32,000 nt of DNA from an uncultured Actinomycetes bacterium (GTDB lineage Bacteria > Actinomycetota > Actinomycetes > S36-B12 > CAIYMF01): assembly GCA_963843975.1 (NCBI GenBank), contig CAWJMG010000003.1:270001-302000 (forward strand). Direction: 5' to 3'. The notes under the pieces are model-generated. The model was not told the origin of the DNA. It was given only the letters and a program-made list of their open reading frames with translations, and searched no databases. Below are positions 26,293-32,000 of the stretch, piece by piece. Positions within the stretch are counted from its first letter, which is position 1; every line of letters starts with the position of its first letter. Both the position numbers and the translations under genes were made by a program.

Positions 26293-27228
26293 ATGGGGGT
26301 AACCGAGCAGCTGGCCTACGACCGCGACGTGCGACTGGCGGCGATGGACTTCGTTTCCTCCGTCGCCGATGCGCACAACGGAACGGTCACCCGAGAGCAA
26401 CTCCAGCAGTTCACGTTTCGTGGCGAGAGCATCAAGCTCCTCGACACTGGCCGAGGGATCCGCAATCCCCGCCAGCTCGTGGCCACCCTGACCATCCTCA
26501 CGTCAGCGAAGTCGCCGTACGACGACACTCCTGGACCCGAGGGTCTGCTTCGGTACGCGATCAGAGACGGTGAACTCGGGGAGGGCGACAACCGAAAACT
26601 GCGGCGGGCCTACGAGCTGCAGGTGCCACTGATCTGGTTTCGCGGGGTGCGGGACGGCGTGTTCGTGCCCTACATGCCGGTTTATCTGGCCGAGGAGGAC
26701 GTGGAAACGAAGCGCTATGTGGTGGCACTAGGCGAGGAGCAGCTCCTGATGGCGCCCAAGCTCCTGGACCTGACGCCGGTCGAGGCCAACCTGAGCGCGG
26801 TCATCGCCCAGCGGGCGTACGTCGAGCGGATGACCAAGCAACGCCTTCACCAGCCGGCCTTCCGCGCCGGCGTGATGCTCGCCTACGGAACTCGGTGCGC
26901 GGTGTGCTCGCTCGCGCACGGTGAGCTGCTGGATGCCGCTCACATCGTCGAAGACGGACGGCCAGGCGGCGATCCTGTCGTTCCGAACGGATTGGCGCTC
27001 TGCAAGATCCACCATGCTGCCTACGACCGCAACATCCTCGGCATCAGCCCCGAGCGAGTCGTGCACATCAACGCCGAAATCCTGGCGGAGGTGGATGGGC
27101 CGATGCTTAAGCACGGGATCCAGGAGTTCCACCAGTCGCAGCTTCGAGTGCTGCCCCACCGCAAGTCCGAGCGGCCGGACGAGCAGCGACTGGCGGACCG
27201 GTTCGAGCGATTCCTGGCCGCGAGCTAA
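26293..27228 (+). CDS. HNH_2-family endonuclease with an N-terminal putative DNA-modification reader domain (type IV restriction-like, ScoMcrA-type layout)
   Basis: 311 aa. The C-terminal CAVCSLAHGELLDAAHIVEDGRPGGDPVVPNGLALCKIHHAAYDRNILGISPE is a canonical HNH_2 motif. The N-terminal roughly 190 aa (GRGIRNPRQLVATLTILTSAKSPYDDTPGPEGLLRYAIRDG...DNRKLRRAYELQVPLIWFRGVRDGVFVPYMPVYL) resembles the reader modules fused to such HNH domains. The exact reader type is unresolved. Confidence 0.8.
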   Translation: MGVTEQLAYDRDVRLAAMDFVSSVADAHNGTVTREQLQQFTFRGESIKLLDTGRGIRNPRQLVATLTILTSAKSPYDDTPGPEGLLRYAIRDGELGEGDNRKLRRAYELQVPLIWFRGVRDGVFVPYMPVYLAEEDVETKRYVVALGEEQLLMAPKLLDLTPVEANLSAVIAQRAYVERMTKQRLHQPAFRAGVMLAYGTRCAVCSLAHGELLDAAHIVEDGRPGGDPVVPNGLALCKIHHAAYDRNILGISPERVVHINAEILAEVDGPMLKHGIQEFHQSQLRVLPHRKSERPDEQRLADRFERFLAAS

Positions 27229-27934
27229 CGCGCGGCTTCTGACTTCGCTGCGGCTAGCCTCCGCGAGCGCGGCCTCGGCCGCGGTTCGCGTGTCATCGGG
27301 GACGGCGTACAACGCGTCGCGGCCCCGGGCGAGGGCGCACAGTTCGTCTGCCAGGGCTCGGAGCTGCTTCGTGAGTGGCTCGCCGGGTCGCGAAGCCTCC
27401 ACGGCCTGAGCGACCTCGTCGTAGTACCACGCGATCTGCGGCGGCTTGGCGTTGAACCGCTTCCAGAGCTTGTCCTCGACTTCGGCGTGGTCGTTGACCA
27501 TCGCGCGCGCGTTAGAGATCTTGTCGGCACAGGTCACCAGCATCTCGGGCGGGTCTGCTGACCAGAGGCGGACAAGGTATGGGATCTTGCGCTCGAGCCA
27601 GCTTCGCTTAGACCGCTCGCCGCCGGGCTCGCCATCGGTGCAGTGCTGCACGATCTTCGCGACCTCGGGGCCGAAGCGGCGGGCGATCTCGTCCGCGCTC
27701 GTCCATCGGTGCTGGTCCTCCAGTGCGTCGTGCAGGAGGCCGGCGATGGCTTCGGTCTCCGTCCCGCCACCGATCCACACGAGCGACGACACCTCGAGCA
27801 GGTGGGCGACGTACGGGATCGTGGGCGGTGCGTCGGGCCCCGCCTTGCGCCACTGGGGGGGCATGCAGGCGTGCCGCGTACGACAGCGCCTCCTCGTACC
27901 TCGGACCGGATGTGGCTGTTGATGCAGACGTCAC
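27225..27934 (-). pseudogene. HD-domain (SpoT/HD_4-like) phosphohydrolase. The frame breaks at a G7/C7 homopolymer, and there is no stop in the main frame before it runs antisense into the HNH gene
   Basis: As-sequenced ORFs are 26728..27864 and 27608..28237. GTG 27934 (AAGGGAG SD upstream) gives VTSASTATSGPRYEEALSYAARLHA in one frame. After the homopolymer at 27855-27861, the next frame gives PQWRKAGPDAPPTIPYVAHLLEVSSLV...AIAGLLHDALEDQ...VTCADKISNARAM, which holds the HD motifs. The end at 27225 is inferred, because a third frame ends AAAKSEAAR-stop there. The literal ORF continues to 26728. Confidence 0.65.
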
Positions 27935-28021
27935 TCGCCTGTCTCCCTTCGACACTTCGAGACTACGTGCGACATCCGACACTCGAGGCCGTGTTTCCCT
28001 GCCGTTCATGCTGTTTCGGGT

Positions 28022-28396
28022 ATGGCCGCGTTGTCGGTGGTGCGCCGTAGCCTGACGAACGTGGAAGCCGACAGCGAGACCGAATACATCCACACGGTGT
28101 ACCTCAAGCTCTACGATTTCGCCGACGGCATCGACAACCCGTACTCGGTCGCTGCGTTCAACGCGCGGGCCGGCATGGTGCGGTGGCTCGCGGGGGAGGG
28201 TGCCTGGGTCGAGGACGGTTACTTCCTGGCACCGCACTTCATCTACGCCGAGAGCGGGTCCTGGCCGATCACGGCGCAGGAGTGCGCCGACCTCGTCGCC
28301 CAGGGTGTCGGTCCGCCGTCCGCAATCAAGGAGCTGCGTCGCATCACTGCGGAGCAGGCTCGCGGCCTTCCGTCCGCGCCGCCACGCCGGACGTGA
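28022..28396 (+). CDS. Hypothetical protein (124 aa)
   Basis: The ORF has normal amino-acid composition (EYIHTVYLKLYDFADGIDNPYSVAAFNARAGMVRWLAGEGAWVEDGYFLAPHFIYAESGSWPITAQE). It is divergent from the HD gene. The SD is weak and no family was recognised. Confidence 0.45.
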   Translation: MAALSVVRRSLTNVEADSETEYIHTVYLKLYDFADGIDNPYSVAAFNARAGMVRWLAGEGAWVEDGYFLAPHFIYAESGSWPITAQECADLVAQGVGPPSAIKELRRITAEQARGLPSAPPRRT

Positions 28397-28421
28397 GCCC
28401 TACGCTCGCCCCGGGGAGCGG

Positions 28422-29441
28422 CTAGGTCCACGTGATGGACCGGCGGGCGGCCTCGTACACCGCTTCAACCTGATCGGCCGACATCAGCACGGTCGAACGC
28501 TTGAAGGCCCTAGGCACATCCATGCGATCGAGAATCGCGACGTCATCCGGCTTGCTCTTGATCGTGACGTCAGGGATCAGGGTGCCTGTCGTGAAGATCA
28601 GCACCGGCTTGACGAACACGGGGAAGCCGGCCGCGGCCGACAGGAGCTTGGTGGCTCGCTCGCCCTCGAAGCGCGAGTTGCGCAGGTAGTCCGTCCGGTG
28701 GCCGTTGACGAGGATCGTCGTCTTGCTGACCCAGACCTTCTTTCCCGGATGCTTCTTGGTGTTGACCGTGAAGACGCCGGCCGGGCCGATAACCACGTGG
28801 TCGATGTCGCTGCCCCGCTTGCCGACGGGGACGGAGTGCAGCACGTACCAGCCGTCCTTGGTGAGCTTCTCGAGTTTCGCACCGATCGTCTCTTCGCCGT
28901 CGGCACCCACTCGCCAGGCCCGCTCGTCGGTCTTGACGTCGAGCGTGCGCGCGAGCCATGTGCCGACCCGCGACTTCTCCTTCATCGCGGCGAGCTCCTC
29001 CTCGGCCTTCGCGCGCGCGGCCTGGCCGGGGCGGTTGAGGGCGAGGTCGTGCCACTCGTCGTCCGCGACCTGAGGAACTGCCACGTCCAAAGAGACGGGA
29101 TCCACCGCGGGCTCCACAGGAGGAGGCAACGGCAGCGATGGACCAGACGGAGGGAGGTGTGGACTCTCGTTGCCCCTGATTGCGGGCGAAGGCGGGGTGT
29201 CGGGCTCATGAGCCGTATGCGCATCCTCCGGCGCTGAGCAGCGCACAGTCGTCGGCAAGGTACCCGCCCGCGTCTGGTAGACCTCGACGACCTCAGCCAC
29301 TGCCGAAGCCAGCTCGGGCACCGTCACGTGAATCTGCCCGGTGAGCAGATCCGCCCATCCGACCTCGAACCCGTCGGCGTCCTTCACGTAGAGCCGGTCC
29401 TTGCCAAAGCGGGTCCACCGGACCCCCGTCAGTTCCCCCAT
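28422..29441 (-). CDS. NERD domain-containing protein
   Basis: 339 aa. The N-terminus is RWTRFGKDRLYVKDADGFEVGWADLLTG, followed by a Pro-rich linker. The NERD core is WRVGADGEETIGAKLEKLTKDGWYVLHSVPVGKRGSDIDHVVIGPAGVFTVNTKKHPG. Confidence 0.85.
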   Translation of the reverse strand: MGELTGVRWTRFGKDRLYVKDADGFEVGWADLLTGQIHVTVPELASAVAEVVEVYQTRAGTLPTTVRCSAPEDAHTAHEPDTPPSPAIRGNESPHLPPSGPSLPLPPPVEPAVDPVSLDVAVPQVADDEWHDLALNRPGQAARAKAEEELAAMKEKSRVGTWLARTLDVKTDERAWRVGADGEETIGAKLEKLTKDGWYVLHSVPVGKRGSDIDHVVIGPAGVFTVNTKKHPGKKVWVSKTTILVNGHRTDYLRNSRFEGERATKLLSAAAGFPVFVKPVLIFTTGTLIPDVTIKSKPDDVAILDRMDVPRAFKRSTVLMSADQVEAVYEAARRSITWT

Positions 29442-29552
29442 GAGAACAGCATCGTCGGGACATCCGACGCTCTTGAGCTTCGCTCAAGGAAGACGTTCGC
29501 CGTTGCTCGCGACGTCCGTTGTCGGAGGTGATCCGTACGTTCATCGGTGTCA

Positions 29553-29571
29553 CCACTCAACGGTTGAGTGG
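29553..29571. promoter_or_regulatory. Perfect 9+1+9 palindrome, a candidate operator in a divergent promoter region
   Basis: CCACTCAAC-G-GTTGAGTGG, read directly. It lies 22 nt upstream of GTG 29593 and 112 nt upstream of the divergent NERD gene start. A second inverted repeat, CTTGAG-cttcg-CTCAAG, lies at 29472-29488. Confidence 0.35.
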
Positions 29572-29592
29572 CAACGGGGAAACGGGGATCAC

Positions 29593-30531
29593 GTGAGTGA
29601 GCAGCCTCCGACCTATCAGGTCGGACAGGAAGTCAACGGTTACCGCTGGACGGGAACCACATGGGAGCCCGTCGCTCCTGCAGCAACGGCGGTCATGACG
29701 GCACCGGTCGCGCAGCCGGAGGTGAAGCCCAAGAAGCCGCTGTGGAAGCGCTGGTGGTTCTGGATTCTCGCGATTCTGCTGCTGATCATCATCGGGTCGG
29801 CGCTGAGCGGTGGGGGAGGCGACAAGGGGGCCGCGGGCTCTCCGTCGACGACGCCGACGGCAGCCACGTCGCTCGAGCCGAGCGATGAGCCCACGGAGTC
29901 GCAGCCCGCCGAGCCGTCGGAGGAGCCGTCCTCCGAGGCGCCGCCTACTACCGATCCGGTCGCGGAGGCCCGTGCGGCTCTCGACGAGACGTTCGGCACC
30001 TTCACGCCGATCACGAAGTCCGGTCGCGGCGACAGCATCATCAAGCTGCCTTCGGGCGTGACGGCGGGGCTCGTGTCTATGCAGTACTCGGGCTCGTCGA
30101 ACTTCGCCGTGAACGTCATCGACGCCTCCAACCAGGCGACGGGTGACCTTCTCGCGAACGAGATCGGATCCTGGACGGGCAACGCGCCTTTCGGCATCAA
30201 CAGCTTCGGCGAGGCACCGGCAAAGCTCGAGGTCACCGGCCAGGGGTCGTGGACGATCAAGATCGCGCCGCTCTCGACCGCGAAGCGGATCGGCGTCCCC
30301 GGAGCCGGGAAGGGGACGGGAACGTTCCTCTACACGGGTGACGTGAGCGACTGGACGATGACCCACAAGGGGTCCAGCAACTTCTCCGTGATCACGATCG
30401 GCACCGACGGCACCAGTGATCTGCTGGTGAACGAGATCGGCAAGTACGCCGGCACCGTGGCGGCCAGCCCTGGCCCCGTGCTCATCGAGATTGGCGCCGA
30501 CGGCGCCTGGACGATCAAGCCGGCCACGTAG
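29593..30531 (+). CDS. Single-pass membrane-anchored protein with a duplicated C-terminal extracytoplasmic domain
   Basis: GTG 29593 is chosen as the start, because the track start at 29401 overlaps the divergent NERD gene. The TM helix is WWFWILAILLLIIIGSAL. A Ser/Pro/Glu/Thr linker follows, then two roughly 93-aa repeats: YSGSSNFAVNVIDASNQATGDLLANEIGSWTG...LEVTGQGSWTIKIAP and HKGSSNFSVITIGTDGTSDLLVNEIGKYAG...IEIGADGAWTIKPA. Confidence 0.7.
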   Translation: MSEQPPTYQVGQEVNGYRWTGTTWEPVAPAATAVMTAPVAQPEVKPKKPLWKRWWFWILAILLLIIIGSALSGGGGDKGAAGSPSTTPTAATSLEPSDEPTESQPAEPSEEPSSEAPPTTDPVAEARAALDETFGTFTPITKSGRGDSIIKLPSGVTAGLVSMQYSGSSNFAVNVIDASNQATGDLLANEIGSWTGNAPFGINSFGEAPAKLEVTGQGSWTIKIAPLSTAKRIGVPGAGKGTGTFLYTGDVSDWTMTHKGSSNFSVITIGTDGTSDLLVNEIGKYAGTVAASPGPVLIEIGADGAWTIKPAT

Positions 30532-30532
30532 T

Positions 30533-30578
30533 CCGGCCTCTGATGAGGCCGGCCGGGCGTCTTCCGGTCGGCCTCATC
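30533..30578. terminator. Bidirectional terminator-like stem-loops between convergent genes
   Basis: CCGGCCTC-tgat-GAGGCCGG (30533-30552) forms a perfect 8-bp stem. The middle arm GATGAGGCCG (30542-30551) is also perfectly complementary to CGGCCTCATC (30569-30578). There is no U-tract. Confidence 0.5.
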
Positions 30579-30618
30579 GTTCGTGACGGCCGGCACGCCA
30601 TGAGCTCGTGGCCCGCGC

Positions 30619-31269
30619 TCAGACCTCGAGTCTGCGTGCCGCGGCTGCGACCTCAGCCAGGTCGTCCGGGTCGGCAAGGATGGCGCGGAGGATGAACTCG
30701 GCCACGAACTCGGGCACGTCCACCGACGTCGACGGCCGACCGGCATGGGCCATGCGGATCGTGTTGAGGTTCATGCCCGAGATGAGCTCCTGCGTCAGCA
30801 CAGGGTGCACGTCGCGCAGCGAACCGTCCTCGACGCCCTGCTTCACGATCACCTGGATGTCGCGGCGCAGCTGCTGGGTCTTGCGCCGCCACGTGGAGAA
30901 CTCCGGTGCCCCGATGAGGTCGTCACGGTGGACTCCCGTCAGGTCGTACGGCGAGTTCAGCAGGTGCTGTGTGTCGAACCAGGCGTAGCGGTAGACGCGC
31001 GCTGCCGCCGGTGCAGGCACGCGGATGAGTCGACGGGCGAGCAGCGTCGGCTCGTCGACGCTGTAGCGCAGGAGCTCCTCGGCGATCTCCTGCTTGGTCG
31101 CGAAGTGGAAGAAGAGGGACGGCTGCCTGATCCCCACTGCGTCGGCGATGTCGCGCGTGGCCGTGCCGAAGTAGCCGCGCACGGCGAACAGGCGAGAGGC
31201 CTCGACGAGGATGCGGTCGCGGGTCACCGCGCCACGGGTCGCGGCCTTCACCTGGGTGGCCTCAGCCAC
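30619..31269 (-). CDS. TetR/AcrR-family transcriptional regulator
   Basis: 216 aa. The N-terminal HTH is RDRILVEASRLFAVRGYFGTATRDIADAVGIRQPSLFFHFATKQEI. A GGAGGTG SD is present. The start lies 12 nt after the upstream peptidase stop. Confidence 0.9.
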   Translation of the reverse strand: MAEATQVKAATRGAVTRDRILVEASRLFAVRGYFGTATRDIADAVGIRQPSLFFHFATKQEIAEELLRYSVDEPTLLARRLIRVPAPAAARVYRYAWFDTQHLLNSPYDLTGVHRDDLIGAPEFSTWRRKTQQLRRDIQVIVKQGVEDGSLRDVHPVLTQELISGMNLNTIRMAHAGRPSTSVDVPEFVAEFILRAILADPDDLAEVAAAARRLEV

Positions 31270-31281
31270 TGTCCACCTCCG

Positions 31282-32000
31282 TCAGAGCCGCGGCGCGGGC
31301 GCCAGCGTGTCGTCGAGCCCCATCGTGTCAGCCACCCAGGCCAGGAGCTCGGAGGTGAACGCCACTCGTTGCCAGCGACCGGGCGTGGGCCAGTGGCCGC
31401 GGGCACCCAGGTCGACCTTCAGCAGCACGCGGTCGCGCGCACCGCGGGCGGAGATGCGGGCCACCCAGCGCGCGGGCTCCCACACCGACACCCGCGGATC
31501 GTGCAGCGCGGACGTCACGAGGAGTCGCGGCTGCACCTCGGGCGGCGGGGTGTTCTCGAGCGGCGCCCACGAGCGCATCCACGCCAGATCCTCGGCGCGA
31601 CGCGGGTCGCCCCACTCGTCCCGCTCGACGATGACGAGCGGCTGGGTCGGGTCGGACATCGTGGTGATCGGGTCCACGAACGGCGCCTCGGCCAGGATTC
31701 CGGCCCAGCGCTCAGGTGCCAGCCCGTTGACCGCGCCCATCAGCAGCCCGCCGGCCGAGAGCCCTTGCGCCACGATCCGCCGAGGGTCCACGATCCCGTC
31801 GGCGAGCGCATCGGCCGCGTCTACGAAGTCGTGGAACGTGTTCTCCTTGCGGTCCATCCGCCCCTGGCGCCACCAGCCGCGCCCACCCTCGCCGCCACCG
31901 CGGATGTGCGCGTGCGCGTAGACGACCCCGGCGCGCACGAGCGCGATCCGCGACGGCTCGAACTCGGGCTCGATCACGGTCTCCCAGGCGCCGTACCCGT
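31282..32000 (-). CDS. S9-family serine peptidase (oligopeptidase B / PtrB-like), C-terminal catalytic part; the gene continues past the right edge
   Basis: The frame is open to the window end (GYGAWETVIEPEF...). Motifs: HIRGGGEGGRGWW, the nucleophile block IVAQGLSAGGLLMG, ALHDPRVSVWEPARWVARI (Asp) and DLGARGHWP (His). Confidence 0.85.
   Translation of the reverse strand, partial: GYGAWETVIEPEFEPSRIALVRAGVVYAHAHIRGGGEGGRGWWRQGRMDRKENTFHDFVDAADALADGIVDPRRIVAQGLSAGGLLMGAVNGLAPERWAGILAEAPFVDPITTMSDPTQPLVIVERDEWGDPRRAEDLAWMRSWAPLENTPPPEVQPRLLVTSALHDPRVSVWEPARWVARISARGARDRVLLKVDLGARGHWPTPGRWQRVAFTSELLAWVADTMGLDDTLAPAPRL

Noticed and set aside
26728-27224. The 3' 500 nt of the HD-gene ORF, running antisense to the HNH gene.
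   Set aside because: Its translation (…SLEPVRQSLLVRPLGLAVGQHSKLRLVELLD…) is the antisense shadow of a well-supported HNH gene. HD_4-type hydrolases are about 200 aa. Read-through is more likely due to a lost or shifted stop.
28403-28420. A short hairpin, CGCTC-gccccggg-GAGCG, between the convergent 124-aa gene and the NERD gene, considered as a possible terminator.
   Set aside because: The stem is only 5 bp with no U-tract, which is too weak to call as a feature.
29401-29592. The longer start (29401) for the membrane-protein ORF.
   Set aside because: It would overlap the 5' end of the divergent NERD gene and read through the palindromic operator region. Its translation is Arg/His-rich junk until VSEQPPTYQVGQ.
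1-32000. I searched for CRISPR arrays, tRNA/rRNA genes, retron-like RT plus ncRNA, integrases or transposases, and long direct or inverted terminal repeats.
   Set aside because: I saw no regularly spaced repeats, no cloverleaf-like or rRNA-like segments, and no RT, integrase or DDE motifs in any frame. Only short local repeats were found: the heptamer at 2694-2716, the palindrome at 29553-29571 and the terminator arms at 30533-30578. By-eye scanning cannot exclude diverged long-range repeats.

Overview
This is a high-GC, actinobacterial-type chromosomal segment. It is almost entirely conflict and defence genes from the left edge to about 30.5 kb. It ends in ordinary genes at the right edge: a TetR regulator and an S9 oligopeptidase.

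Recognisable systems:
- A complete Wadjet/MksFEBG-type operon, jetABCD (16845-23447).
- A hipBA toxin-antitoxin pair transcribed divergently from jetABCD.
- A roughly 1490-aa protein with a DUF4011-like N-terminus, an Upf1-like SF1 helicase and a C-terminal Vsr/DUF559 endonuclease (Hhe-like).
- A partial McrB-like AAA+ NTPase.
- An HNH_2 type-IV-like endonuclease.
- Two NERD-domain proteins.

The most interesting, least explained parts:
1. An ADP-ribosylglycohydrolase translationally coupled to a NERD+SF1 helicase, sitting directly after jetD and followed by the HNH gene.
2. A minus-strand cluster (DUF7662-like, DUF6884-like, GIY-YIG, then YbjN-like, then McrB-like NTPase). It is divergent from a 1158-aa fusion of Cas4/RecB nuclease, RNaseH-like domain and SF1 helicase.
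3. A TY-Chap/YbjN-like gene paired with a PD-(D/E)XK gene.

Several genes are interrupted by frame changes: jetA, the Hhe-like helicase, an HD hydrolase, and possibly the DUF6884 chain. Every change is equivalent to one extra base. Two of the three best-supported sites lie in homopolymer runs and the third in a duplicated hexamer. The cause is either assembly indels or real gene decay.

I recognised no tRNA, rRNA, CRISPR array, integrase or transposase. All domain calls come from motif recognition by eye, and no database search was possible.
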